A stretch of DNA of 54,147 nt from a virus (taxonomy: Duplodnaviria; Caudoviricetes). The translations under genes and the position numbers were made by a program. This document shows positions 1 to 10,500 of this stretch, piece by piece; positions within the stretch are counted from its first letter, which is position 1, and each line of letters opens with the position of its first letter. Location: the IMG/VR virus record IMGVR_UViG_3300020442_002355, positions 1 through 54,147 of that record; one strand, written 5' to 3'. The notes under the pieces were generated by a model. The model saw only the letters and a program-made list of their open reading frames with translations, was not told where the DNA came from and searched no databases.

Positions 1-122
1 TTTTTAGTAAAGTAAACAGGGTCTTGCTTACATTTAATAAACTCTTCAACCTGCTCCTGAGTAAACTCAATAGGAGTATTTGCTTTTTTTAATAACGGAT
101 TACCAAGATATACGTCACTCAT
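1..122 (-). CDS. gp17: Terminase large subunit, N-terminal part (runs off window)
   Basis: Manual translation from ATG at 122: MSDVYLGNPLLKKANTPIEFTQEQVEEFIKCKQDPVYFT, the typical T4-like gp17 N-terminus (YLGNP..LK, KC..DPVYF); lies downstream of gp16. Confidence 0.9.
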   Translation of the reverse strand, partial: MSDVYLGNPLLKKANTPIEFTQEQVEEFIKCKQDPVYFTK

Positions 123-132
123 ATCAAAAAAA

Positions 133-417
133 TTATCCCTGATAAACTACCGATGTTGCGTATACATCTGATGCACTTGAATAAATTAAATCTGTTCTTT
201 CCTTGTGAATAATAATTGGGTCTTTCCCTGCCATATGGACACTTCCATATGTAACACCTGCACCAGTCCTCACTTCAACCAAACGGTCTGATGAGTGAGA
301 ATGTTGTACCATTACATACTCTGCACCAACTCCACCATTTGCTGATGAAGGAACAGATGACCCAGAACCAACATTTACTTGAACTGATTCTCCTAAAAGT
401 TTTACTACAAAAGCCAT
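133..417 (-). CDS. Small hypothetical (likely virion) protein
   Basis: ORF 133..468; the more plausible start is MAFVVKLLG at 417, just after the upstream stop at 419. Confidence 0.65.
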   Translation of the reverse strand: MAFVVKLLGESVQVNVGSGSSVPSSANGGVGAEYVMVQHSHSSDRLVEVRTGAGVTYGSVHMAGKDPIIIHKERTDLIYSSASDVYATSVVYQG

Positions 418-418
418 A

Positions 419-1942
419 TCAGCAATTCCACGCTCTAAGGGACTTATTGATTCTGCTATCAGGATCATTAGCAGTTTTAGAAGAAGTCAGTTTCTTCTTC
501 ATACCTTTCATTCTCGCACAAAAAGACGCTCTTCTAGGATTGCCAACTTTTTTTGAAGGTGCCTTAAGATCGCTTCCTGGGTTCTCGCGCTCATACGACT
601 TTCTACCTTTTTCATTCAATCCTCCTTTTTCATTTTTACCTGACTTTTTTGTCCAGGCAGCACCCTCAGTAACATGTAAGAATGATTCGCCTGGTTGTGG
701 TTCTACAACCTTGAAATAAGTAACCCTACACTCAGGGTATACCTTTTCCAGTTCTGCTTGAACTTCAGATTTCTTAGGCATTCTAACCTGAGGGAAGAAC
801 ATCTTCATTCCTAAAGTTCTACCTTTCCAGGTTAAAATTACGTGAATGAGATTGCCAGTTTCTGCTTTGACTCTGGTTGCTTCCTCTAATTCATATGTAT
901 CATACTCAGCAGCAGAAGTAACAACTTGAATTGGTTCTGGTTCAATCAAGTTAGTGACTACAGCAAATGTATCACCATATGCATCAGTCAGTTCCAGTTC
1001 TTCTTTCTTAGTCTTATTACCCCAGTTCTTAGCGCCTTTCTTACGGCACTTGACTAAAGCACCAGAAGCATATGCAGAAGGCCATACAGAATAGCGAGAC
1101 TTGACCTTATGGTAACAAGCGTCCTTCTTACCTTCTTCAACTACAATCAGTTCAACTTCTTCTTTCTTGGTCTTTTTCTTCTTGACGCAGTTTGGATATC
1201 TCTTACCAAACATCGTCTTCATACCTTTCTTCTCATATCCATCCCAACAATCTTCTCCGAATTCCATTTCTTCTTTCTTCAGACCTAACCTACCAAGTAA
1301 AGACTTTTTCTTCTTTACAGGAGCATTATATCCCTTCTGACGCTTTGCATAATCCATATACGACTCACCCTTACGCAGTTTCTTGGAGTCGTCTTTCTTA
1401 GCAGAAGAAGATGAGGAGGATGGTTGTGAACCACGGTCTTCACGGTGTCTTGCCTTTGCTTCACCACCATACTGACGATCTTTCTTAGGATCGGGATGCC
1501 AGTAATCTGCTTCGTGGAGTGTTTCTTCTGTCTTCACGTTAATTGCCTTCCCTTTTCTATTTGGATTTGGATCTTCTTTTTGTTTGCGACGGAATGCTGC
1601 TTCCTCTTCACCTTTATCAAGATTGCGCTTCATCTTACTAGAACCACACTTGGGTTTAGTAGTCTGACCAGGTTGTTTAGCACAAGGTTTGCCAGCATAC
1701 TTACCACCTAACTGAACCCAACCTTTCTTCCCGTCAGAAGACTTGGATTTGTTGAACCAGTCATGCAGTGAACTGTCTCCACTCTTATTGCCTTCAGTTA
1801 TACCAGCTTCAGATGCTGCCTCAGCAGTTTCTTTCTCAGTGGCATCATCCACACTGTACTTATCGAACAGTTTAGGACCATAACCACACTGGTTCCTGGT
1901 TTCTTTCTTCTTACAAAGACGGCAATACTTCTTTTCAGACAT
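419..1942 (-). CDS. Lys-rich modular protein, probable internal head protein / polyprotein
   Basis: 507 aa; basic Cys/Trp modules (CWDGY..G.K....PNCV; DACYHKVKSRY.VWPSAYASGALVKCR; RRASFCARM...SL.AWNC) separated by acidic linkers; late promoter at 1966-1972. Confidence 0.75.
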   Translation of the reverse strand: MSEKKYCRLCKKKETRNQCGYGPKLFDKYSVDDATEKETAEAASEAGITEGNKSGDSSLHDWFNKSKSSDGKKGWVQLGGKYAGKPCAKQPGQTTKPKCGSSKMKRNLDKGEEEAAFRRKQKEDPNPNRKGKAINVKTEETLHEADYWHPDPKKDRQYGGEAKARHREDRGSQPSSSSSSAKKDDSKKLRKGESYMDYAKRQKGYNAPVKKKKSLLGRLGLKKEEMEFGEDCWDGYEKKGMKTMFGKRYPNCVKKKKTKKEEVELIVVEEGKKDACYHKVKSRYSVWPSAYASGALVKCRKKGAKNWGNKTKKEELELTDAYGDTFAVVTNLIEPEPIQVVTSAAEYDTYELEEATRVKAETGNLIHVILTWKGRTLGMKMFFPQVRMPKKSEVQAELEKVYPECRVTYFKVVEPQPGESFLHVTEGAAWTKKSGKNEKGGLNEKGRKSYERENPGSDLKAPSKKVGNPRRASFCARMKGMKKKLTSSKTANDPDSRINKSLRAWNC

Positions 1943-1965
1943 TATAGCAAGACAATGCTTTCAGT

Positions 1966-1972
1966 TATTTAT
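1966..1972 (-). promoter_or_regulatory. T4-type late promoter (ATAAATA)
   Basis: ATAAATA on minus strand about 24 nt upstream of the ATG at 1942. Confidence 0.65.
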
Positions 1973-3114
1973 GCCCTTATAAGATTTCTATACATTTTAA
2001 ATACTGTGGAAGTTGCAGAAGTGGGAGTTGCTAATATTCTTACATTTCCTGAGTTTATATCTGCAGTGAATGTTGCTAAAATAGCACCAGTATTAATTGT
2101 TCCAAATTCACTAACATAAACATCTGTTCCGTCATGAACAATATTTAAAGATGTAACGTGATATTCTGTTCCCCTTGTTATTTGTATCTGATAACTTGCA
2201 GATCTATAGTCAGTTACACTAAACGTATCTACAGAATCTTGTGAAGTTGATGTTGTTGTTGAAGTTGATGTATTAAGATTGAGAATTACGGGACCACCAA
2301 TTTCAATTCCAGACCTAGCAGTAATAATTCCAATAGAGTCTACATTAGTTACATCTTCGTATGTTAATGTTCCTCCAATAGAAACATTTCCAGTAAATGT
2401 TGCGCTAGATGCTGTTATTGAATCAACTTCAATATTTGGAGTTCCAGTTAAACCTTGAGATACAGTAGATATCCCTGCTGTGTGAGCATAACCAACAACA
2501 TCATTACTGGTAGCAGTTGTTCCAATAAATTTTCCTGTGGTTTCATTCCAAGCAATAACCTTTCCATCAACTTTTACGGAATCCCTATCAACATCATCTA
2601 AAAACTCAAGACGAACTTCGCCACCACCACCTTGGGCATTAACAAGGTTTTTAAGATACTCTATTTCTCCGCGAATTTTAACAATTTCTGGGTCACTTAC
2701 ATTTTCTCTTACTTCTTCTTTTGACTTAATAGTCTCCAGAATTTTTAGTGCATGATCAACTGCATCTTCTTCTGTTTCTTCTTCTGTTTCTTCTTCTGTT
2801 TCTTCTTCTACCTCTTCCTTCTCCTCAATTACTTCTTCCTCTATTTCATCTTCTTCATATGGAAGAACTATGGGAGTCGATGCTTCAATAATTTCTTCTT
2901 TCTTTTCTTCTACTTCAGTATATAACCAGGATTCAAGTGCTGCTATTTGCTTTTTTTGAGTCTCTTTTTTCTTCTTATCTTCTTCTAATGAGATTTTAAC
3001 CTGAGAAAACATTGAGTCAATATCAATCTCTCCTACAAGAGAACGAACTTCGTCCTCTTTTTCTTTTTTTGCTTTACCAATAGCAGAGAAAAAATCTTTT
3101 AAATCTGATGTCAT
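1969..3114 (-). CDS. Structural protein: acidic coiled-coil N-terminus, fibre-like C-terminus
   Basis: 381 aa; Glu-rich N-half, GGGGEVRLEFLDDVD linker, FTGNVSIGGTLTYEDVTNVDSIGIITARSG motif seen in cyanophage fibre proteins. Confidence 0.7.
   Translation of the reverse strand: MTSDLKDFFSAIGKAKKEKEDEVRSLVGEIDIDSMFSQVKISLEEDKKKKETQKKQIAALESWLYTEVEEKKEEIIEASTPIVLPYEEDEIEEEVIEEKEEVEEETEEETEEETEEDAVDHALKILETIKSKEEVRENVSDPEIVKIRGEIEYLKNLVNAQGGGGEVRLEFLDDVDRDSVKVDGKVIAWNETTGKFIGTTATSNDVVGYAHTAGISTVSQGLTGTPNIEVDSITASSATFTGNVSIGGTLTYEDVTNVDSIGIITARSGIEIGGPVILNLNTSTSTTTSTSQDSVDTFSVTDYRSASYQIQITRGTEYHVTSLNIVHDGTDVYVSEFGTINTGAILATFTADINSGNVRILATPTSATSTVFKMYRNLIRA
2765..2809. repeat. 12-bp tandem repeat (about 3.5 copies) encoding EEET
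   Basis: (tcttcttctgtt)n visible in the sequence. Confidence 0.8.
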
Positions 3115-3118
3115 AATA

Positions 3119-3451
3119 TTATGTGCTGATTCCTGCAGTTACCATTGCCATACCCTCTGCCAATCTTGATTTTGCTCCTGCAGAAGTTGTAAGTCTAACA
3201 TCATAGAGATATCTTCCTGGTTCCAATGGTGTTGTTATACCAGAAGTCATTGCAATAGAAACTTGACCTGTTGATGAGGTTATTCCAACAGTAAAAGAGT
3301 ATGAGGTTGCAGAACCTGAGTGTTTTTTTATTTTTGCTTCTCCAGTATAACCGGTTAAATCAGTTGCAGCACCGTTAGTTTCCAGAGAGGTAAAGGTCTT
3401 TGAAAAATCAGAACCTTGTGGAATAGTTATGTTCGCGACAATTTTCGCCAT
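3119..3451 (-). CDS. Small Ig-like virion structural protein
   Basis: 110 aa; I.QGSDFS..F...DLTGYT....IKK...GRY.YDV.L pattern; late promoter at 3468-3474. Confidence 0.65.
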   Translation of the reverse strand: MAKIVANITIPQGSDFSKTFTSLETNGAATDLTGYTGEAKIKKHSGSATSYSFTVGITSSTGQVSIAMTSGITTPLEPGRYLYDVRLTTSAGAKSRLAEGMAMVTAGIST

Positions 3452-3462
3452 CTCTCTCTTTT

Positions 3463-3888
3463 TTAACTATTTATGTTTTGGTCTGCCTTTTTAATCATCT
3501 TCTGAAGTTCAGCAGTAGAACCTACAAACAAAGCATTGGTAACATTTGTAGGTCCCTTTTGAACAGTATCTTCTTCCACATCTTTTAACTTCTTCTGAAG
3601 TTCCATCAGTTTATCAGTGGCATCTGAGACACTCTTAATTAACTGACCAGCAACTTCATATGCTCTTGGTTGTTCAGTCTCTTGTGCTAACTCAAGAATT
3701 CCGTTGATTGCTTCCTGTCCCTTTTCAATAATTGAATATAAGTTGCCACGGGTGTATTCATAATCTTTACGAATATCTTGTGGAGAAGAAGACTTAGGTT
3801 TAACCTGCTCTACCTCTTTCTTTTCTGCAGGAAGAATCTCTCCTGCTAAATTAAATGCCTCATCTAAATTGTTAAATTTATCAGTCAT
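3463..3888 (-). CDS. gp16: Terminase small subunit
   Basis: DYEYTRGNLYSIIEKGQEAI...PRAYEVAGQLIK...NALFVGSTAELQK; synteny after gp15. Confidence 0.92.
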   Translation of the reverse strand: MTDKFNNLDEAFNLAGEILPAEKKEVEQVKPKSSSPQDIRKDYEYTRGNLYSIIEKGQEAINGILELAQETEQPRAYEVAGQLIKSVSDATDKLMELQKKLKDVEEDTVQKGPTNVTNALFVGSTAELQKMIKKADQNINS

Positions 3889-3890
3889 AA

Positions 3891-4883
3891 TTACATAAAG
3901 GTATTACCATCAAAACCAAAGTCATCTCCAATCTCAATCAGGTCATTATCTGCTTGTGTAATAGACTTGAGTGCTGAACCCTTAACGTGGTCTTTTGCTA
4001 TTGTATTATCTCTTGCTCTATCAATAGTAATTTGATTATTACTACCAACCTTCTTAATGTAGATTGACTCTCCATCAATTTCAAAGTAAGTATCTGCTGT
4101 GATACCACTATTGTCTGCTACCTTAATTGTAGTAGCACTAGATAAGATATCTTCAGCAAGAGTTGTTACAGTAGAATCATCATAATCCTTGACTGCTCTA
4201 GGAGTAACTCTGTAAGCAAGATCTCTCTTCTCAGCATTATCAGTATAGTAAGAGAGTGTTGCTTGCTTGATTGGTTCGACTCTTGTGACAGGACCGAACA
4301 GATATGTCTTCGCAGTAAATCTTAATGTATAAAGAAGAACTCTTCTAGTACTGTAATCTCCCTCATAATCATCCTGCATTGTAATATTTTCTAATACAAT
4401 AGGAATATCTCTTTTTTCTTTAAGAGTATCAATCAACTCTACGGAAAGATTAAATGCTGGTTGGAAATAAGGTAAAATCTGTTCCACAATTTGAAGTGCA
4501 TCATCATTCAACTTAGACATAATGCTAAGTTCAAACTGCATATTATAAGGAACAGGAGTAAAAACTTTATTTACTTTTTTAGCAGTATTAGGATCCTTTA
4601 CTGCAATTTTTTGAGTTGTAGTTACTTTACGAGCAGCATCGTAAGTGAGACCAGTAAACTCAAAAGACATTCTTGGCAAAGACAAACTAGTAGACTTATT
4701 CAAATCTCCAGATTGCTCAAGTCTCGCCAAAAACTTCTGTGTAGGACCATATGCCAGAGGAATTTTCATTACACTGAAATCCGTATCAGAAGCATCCTTC
4801 TTCTGAATAGTAATATTATTAAAAAGAGTACCAAAAGATATGATAGTCTTTCTTAAGATTTCGTGGTAAAAATGCTCAAACAT
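3891..4883 (-). CDS. gp15: Tail sheath stabilizer / tail terminator
   Basis: FYHEILRKTIISFGTLFNNI, PLAYGP..KFLARL, LPRMSFE, QIVEQILPYFQP motifs. Confidence 0.93.
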   Translation of the reverse strand: MFEHFYHEILRKTIISFGTLFNNITIQKKDASDTDFSVMKIPLAYGPTQKFLARLEQSGDLNKSTSLSLPRMSFEFTGLTYDAARKVTTTQKIAVKDPNTAKKVNKVFTPVPYNMQFELSIMSKLNDDALQIVEQILPYFQPAFNLSVELIDTLKEKRDIPIVLENITMQDDYEGDYSTRRVLLYTLRFTAKTYLFGPVTRVEPIKQATLSYYTDNAEKRDLAYRVTPRAVKDYDDSTVTTLAEDILSSATTIKVADNSGITADTYFEIDGESIYIKKVGSNNQITIDRARDNTIAKDHVKGSALKSITQADNDLIEIGDDFGFDGNTFM

Positions 4884-4910
4884 AATTATTGGTCACTGTA
4901 TAGTATTTAG

Positions 4911-6299
4911 TTATGGAATTCCGAAAGGATTCTTCTCAGTAAAGTCAAGTATTCCATCTGCCTCAAGTTCAATTGTGTCATTTTCAGCATAACCGTCATC
5001 GGCAGGATCATTATCTAATGAGAATATTGTATGTGTGGCAGAAGAATCAGCGCCAACAATATTTTCGCCAACAGTAAATGTACCGCTAACATTACCAAGT
5101 TCAAGGACATTAGTATTTGTGTTCCAAGTTCTGACTCTTGCAGTTGTACCACTTGTAGAACCAGTAACGACTTCGTTGTAAATAAAGTCTCCACTGTCCG
5201 TTAAACTTGGACTGGATATTGTGATTGTTGGAGCAACAGTGTAACCAATACCAGCCTCAGTAATATTGATAGCAGTAATAGTTCCTGCAGCAGAAACAAC
5301 TGCGGTTGCAGCAGCGGATACTGTAGAAATTCCAGTAAAGGTAATTGTTGGAGTAGTTGTATACCCAGAACCGCCACTAGTTACAGTGATAATTCCGACA
5401 GAACCAAAATCTCCAATTGTAGCATCTGCAGTTGCACCAATTCCAGTAGGACTTACAAATACAACTTCAGGAGTAACTGTGTATCCTGCACCAGGATTTG
5501 TTAGAGTAACTGTCTTTAATGCATCTCTATCTAAAGTAACAGTAGCAACACCTGTCGTTCCTCCGGCAGGGGCAGAAGAAATAGTAACTGCTGGTGCAAC
5601 TGTATAGAATGCTCCTTGACTACCAAGGTTTATAGAACGAATAGCACCATCAACTATACCTGTAACAGCAGTAGCAGTCGTCGCGCTGCCAACTAAGGTC
5701 ATAGTCAGAGTTCCACCAAGAATAGTGGAATAACCAGTTTCACCAACTCCATCGGTATCACTACCAACTAAAGTATCATCAATCTCATCAACACCAGTAT
5801 CAATAACCTCGTCCTCATAACGGAAGAGTTCACATCTCAGTTCATAAACATAGTTTTTCTGTAACTGATAGAATGGTTTTTCATGCTCAACAAACTTTAT
5901 TTCAAACATCCTATCACCAAAAGGCATATAGATGATATCACCTTCTTTAGGTCTGGATGTAAGTCTGAGGTTTGCTTTTCCTTCAGTTAAAGGTGTAATA
6001 TAATTTTCAAATCTTTCTTTAGAGATAATAAAGGTCATCTCCTGGGTTGATTGAATACCAAACTTAGATAGTAATGTGCTATTGTCATCATATCCTTCAT
6101 AGTTCTGAACATATGCCTCAATAGGATATGCATTTTCAAAGGAAGATTGAATGACTTCTTCAATAACAGTATTAGTGGTCAGATAAGAACGTGGAAGATA
6201 GTATACCTCCACTCCATACATCCTCAACTGTTCATTGATTAAATCCTGAACAAGATTCTGTTCTCCTCTTGTGCCTTGAGTAAAGAATGGATTTAACAT
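4911..6299 (-). CDS. gp14: Neck protein with inserted beta-repeat region
   Basis: EQNLVQDLINEQLRMYGVEVYYLPR, RPKEGD.IY, FVEHEKPFYQL, C-terminal DFTEKNPFG. Confidence 0.92.
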   Translation of the reverse strand: MLNPFFTQGTRGEQNLVQDLINEQLRMYGVEVYYLPRSYLTTNTVIEEVIQSSFENAYPIEAYVQNYEGYDDNSTLLSKFGIQSTQEMTFIISKERFENYITPLTEGKANLRLTSRPKEGDIIYMPFGDRMFEIKFVEHEKPFYQLQKNYVYELRCELFRYEDEVIDTGVDEIDDTLVGSDTDGVGETGYSTILGGTLTMTLVGSATTATAVTGIVDGAIRSINLGSQGAFYTVAPAVTISSAPAGGTTGVATVTLDRDALKTVTLTNPGAGYTVTPEVVFVSPTGIGATADATIGDFGSVGIITVTSGGSGYTTTPTITFTGISTVSAAATAVVSAAGTITAINITEAGIGYTVAPTITISSPSLTDSGDFIYNEVVTGSTSGTTARVRTWNTNTNVLELGNVSGTFTVGENIVGADSSATHTIFSLDNDPADDGYAENDTIELEADGILDFTEKNPFGIP

Positions 6300-6300
6300 A

Positions 6301-7149
6301 TCAACCTATCATATCTAAAGGTGGAAGTTCATATGTATTTGACATCTTCTCCATCAAGTCATCAATCTCTTTTACTGCATCATCATAAATCTGTCTTCCA
6401 TTAAGTTCTACTCCACCCGGAAGTTTGACACCCTGGAACTTAATAAGATTCTGACCCCATTGCTTTTTGATAAGCATAGTCAGATATTTTTTGACGAAGG
6501 AATCGTTCCAAACTCTTGAAAAATCATTTGGATCTACTAATCTAGTACAATCAATAATAATATAATCTCCTACGGATACTCCTCCCCAGTCTATATCAAG
6601 ATACAATCTATCCATTCTCTGGTTAAATCTAATTTGCTTATCTGTAGAAAGAAGAAAATCAATATCTTCCAGATAAGTCTTTGTCATCGCATATGTCAAT
6701 AACTCAGATGACCCCCAATAATAAACGTCATTGAGGAACATCTGATATTTGATGCTGAACATATTACTTACAGAAGTATTAGTTCCATCAAATTTAAATA
6801 TTTTTTGAATCCCTATAATATTAGGAGGGACTTGTAAGTAGTTGCTGTTCTCAGTGTAACTGAAGGTAGTTGCTGTACCAACTATAGATGTGCTAGCAGT
6901 GGTCGTTGCTACTCCTGCTGTAGAACTTTCTCCTGCGGGTGCTCTACCTCTATCCTTATCTTCCTGCGTAATCTTATATTTTAAATACACTTGAGCAGCA
7001 CCGTCATAGTGCCGCTCATGCCAATACTGAAGGGCATCATCAACTAAGTCATCAATTTGCTCATCAGCAACGTTGATTTCCAATACAGGAGCACCTAACT
7101 GCCTTTTACAGTAATCTATTAAAGTCTGCCTAGATGATGGTTGTGCCAT
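6301..7149 (-). CDS. gp13: Neck protein
   Basis: LIDYCKRQLGAPVLEINV...QWGQNLIKFQGVKLPGGVELNG; late promoter at 7174-7180. Confidence 0.93.
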   Translation of the reverse strand: MAQPSSRQTLIDYCKRQLGAPVLEINVADEQIDDLVDDALQYWHERHYDGAAQVYLKYKITQEDKDRGRAPAGESSTAGVATTTASTSIVGTATTFSYTENSNYLQVPPNIIGIQKIFKFDGTNTSVSNMFSIKYQMFLNDVYYWGSSELLTYAMTKTYLEDIDFLLSTDKQIRFNQRMDRLYLDIDWGGVSVGDYIIIDCTRLVDPNDFSRVWNDSFVKKYLTMLIKKQWGQNLIKFQGVKLPGGVELNGRQIYDDAVKEIDDLMEKMSNTYELPPLDMIG

Positions 7150-7180
7150 TTATTCACAAGTTCCCTATGTGTATATTTAT

Positions 7181-7345
7181 CTATATCGCAGCAATGGTTT
7201 CTTGTTGTTTAAAATACAACTTACAGAATGCTTTTGCCATATTTCTTAACTCATTTGTATCATCACAACCATCAATTTGAGATGCGATTTTGTGATACTC
7301 AAAACTTTTTGTCAGATTTTTGAGTTCAATTTCATTTGGATCCAT
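7181..7345 (-). CDS. 54-aa protein resembling NblA (phycobilisome degradation adaptor); not in ORF track
   Basis: Manual translation MDPNEIELKNLTKSFEYHKIASQIDGCDDTNELRNMAKAFCKLYFKQQETIAAI; fills the gap before gp13. The ORF is fairly secure, the NblA call is tentative. Confidence 0.55.
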   Translation of the reverse strand: MDPNEIELKNLTKSFEYHKIASQIDGCDDTNELRNMAKAFCKLYFKQQETIAAI

Positions 7346-7562
7346 TTAGTAACTCCTTTAGTAAGTGTTTGATTTCGTTAATATCCTCTTTCATACTAGC
7401 AACTTCTTGCTCAATGTTCTGTACTTTCTGATTCTTTTTATTTTTTGCCTCACGTCTGGCAATATACCTTTCATAACCAAGAGAATCTACATTTACAATT
7501 GAATCATTATTAGGGTCTCTCAAAAGATTTGAGTGACCCTCTACTCCATGATATTCCATCAT
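7332..7562 (-). CDS. Conserved small coiled-coil hypothetical protein
   Basis: VEGHSNLLRD...IVN motif with C-terminal coiled coil; 4-nt overlap with upstream gene. Confidence 0.8.
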   Translation of the reverse strand: MMEYHGVEGHSNLLRDPNNDSIVNVDSLGYERYIARREAKNKKNQKVQNIEQEVASMKEDINEIKHLLKELLNGSK

Positions 7563-10500
7563 GCTAATGCAATAACCCTGAGGTCTTTAATTCTAGGCAC
7601 ATAAACCTGGTTGGTTGATGTCATTACGAGTTTGATTCTATAGTATCTAAATGGTTCCAAATTATCAATTGTAAAGGTATATTCCTTGTATTCAAGGTTG
7701 TTGCTATTAAAGTCAAGGACATTCGTCTTTTGAATCAATGTATCGGATCTGCCGTCATTGTTCTTAAGATCTATTACATCTCCATTTGATTTTAGATTCA
7801 AATATCCAGGGAAAGGTGTAAATACTGGATTTGCTGTGGGTTCACTACCAACGCAATAGAATGCTCTGATATCGGAGAATGTATTAATGTATCCATTAGT
7901 AATAATCTTAATGGAACTTGCAGAATTCTCTAGTGAAAGTTCTCTAGAGATGTATTGGAATGCTGAAGGATCAGTATCAATACCATTTACTCTAGCATCA
8001 GTAATATAATTTGTGACAGGGTTGTTGATTCTATTAGTAGTGAAAATAGTGTTCATTCTCTGAGAATCAACAACAGGACTTACTCTTGTATCAACAGAAT
8101 TAAGGAACAGTCTAAGAGTCATAGACTTGTTACCTGGAACATTAGTAAGTTTCTGGTCCTCATTAACCTTAGAGAATATTGCTCTTGGTGTGGAGAGGTA
8201 GTTGGGTTTGTTCAATGTAACCTGCTCAAATCCATTATCAACAAATGGAATCTCATTACCACTAATACCAGTCGATGTTGTAGATCTAAACTGAGCACTG
8301 ATTGTAGATCCTTGAACAGTTTGAGAATGAATCATAGGAGTTACAATCTCATATGGAATATTTTGAGATGCATATGCTCCATAACCACCAGCAGACTTAG
8401 TATCCCCAATGTACAATTGAGGGAAGAATGTATCTACGTTTCTTGGTCTAGCATCAACAGTGCCTTTAGTTGAACCGAATACTTCACTCATATCAAGTTT
8501 TACATAGTAAGAATCAAATGTGATAGGATCGGCAACAGTGACATCATTCATATCATGAATCTTATTGATCCTTGCCAGGTTGACACCAGACAACTCATAC
8601 TTATAAACTAAAGTTCCAATTGGATAAGATGCCTGATTTGCTCCTCTAGTAATCGTTCCGCCAATAGTATTAGTTCCTGAAGTAGCACTGTATTCAATAA
8701 TTTCGTCACCAATCTTTAAGAATCCTCTGTTAGTCGTGCCAACATTAGCACCTTCAAATTGCGTAAAGGATGTATTATCTTCAACTGTAATTGAAGCTGC
8801 AGATCCAGCATCATAAGCAACTGTAAGTTTGGTTGGAACTACGTCCGACTCAACCCCAGATATCTCTACTCTGTTGTCCTCAAAATACATTCCATGATTT
8901 GTATGATTAACTTTGATATGTAATCCATCAGAATCATTAGAGAATGAGTTTATGCTAGTAGGATAAACGCCACCAAAAGCAGTATTGGTATGGTTAAATG
9001 ATGTCTCAATACCAGTAGATCTTACATAACGTATCTCTTGGCTGCTATTTGTTGTGAATTGTCCCTGAACATTGTCAAGTATAATTGTATTTGTTGATCC
9101 AATTCCAGCAACAGTTAACTTCAGATCTCTACCAACTTCAGTAGAACTGAGAGAAAGTACATCACCTACTTGATAAGCAGTTCCTCCATTATTGTTAATG
9201 GTTGCTGCAGTAACAGATCCATTGTTGAATGTGACACTTGCGTTGGCACCACTTCCATTGCCGGAAAGAGAAACCAAGGAAAGAGTACGAGTATCAGTAC
9301 CGGTAGAAGGAGTGTAACCAACACCAGCATTGGTTATTGTCAGAGAACCAACAGCAGAAGCACCAGCACCAACAAGATTTCCTGTAGCATTAGTTCCATC
9401 CTGTTTGAAGGTGTTGCCTAATACATAATCGTTGGTAATCAATGAACCTTCAGAGAGTGCAATCTTAATTTTCCTTGATTTTAATTCAAGTGAATCAGGG
9501 AGAAGATTTGAAACCTGTCTATTTCCCTTAGAAAGACGTGGGTTATACAAATCTACAGTACCAGAAGTTTCAAATTCTGCTCTGTAAAGTGTAAACTTAA
9601 GATCTTCCCACTGACTTGCTTCCCAACCAGAAGCATTCTGTGACTTGAACATTGAACCAAGGAAAGGTTGGGTGGAGATTAATGTGTCCGTAAGGAAATC
9701 TTCCTGTCCAATCCTTGATACAAATACATCATATTTTGTGGAGTTTGTTAAGAGACAAATTGCATACTCCTTTCTGCCCTCAAGGTAAATTGGTGCCTTA
9801 AAGGTAAACGATGTAGCAATTGAACTGTCAGTTGAGATAGAAACTTCATCGGGGTCTAAGATTACTTCCGACATTGGAAGAACTTTAGATGTAGGAATTC
9901 CTCCTTCAACAGTTCTAATCTGTAAGGTGATAGGAATATCCATATCATCCTTATCTTTGAAGAAGATGTCGCATCTTGTTAAGAAGATGCCAGTCTCATC
10001 ATCAACAACAAATGTTTGTGCTAATGGATCATACCAAGCAGTAATAGTCTCAGGTGAAGTTCTATTGACTACACTGGTTCCGACAATTTGAGTGCCAGAA
10101 GATCTGCTTACAGTTTGCTGCTCAAACTCTTTCTTGTCTTCAAGTCTGATGCTTCTAATAGAACCTTCATTAGCAATAACACCAGTAGCAGAGTAATGCT
10201 CCGAAGCAATTGTAGTTACATTCTCAGCATCATTATTTTCATTACTAGAAAGTGTAAATGCTCTAATACCAGACTCAAATCTTGGGTGATAAGATGTAAT
10301 TGTTTCTGGGATATAGAAACTGCCAATAACAGAAGACTGATTGTCAACAACCAATCTCAGATTAGATACAGTTGCGGTAGCACCACTGCTTTCGCCTACA
10401 AGTAAAGTTCCAACTTCAACATATCCGTAATACTCACCTTGAGTCTCATTTGACAATGAATATGTATCAATATTCAGAATTGTTGAGGTAGAGGTATATG

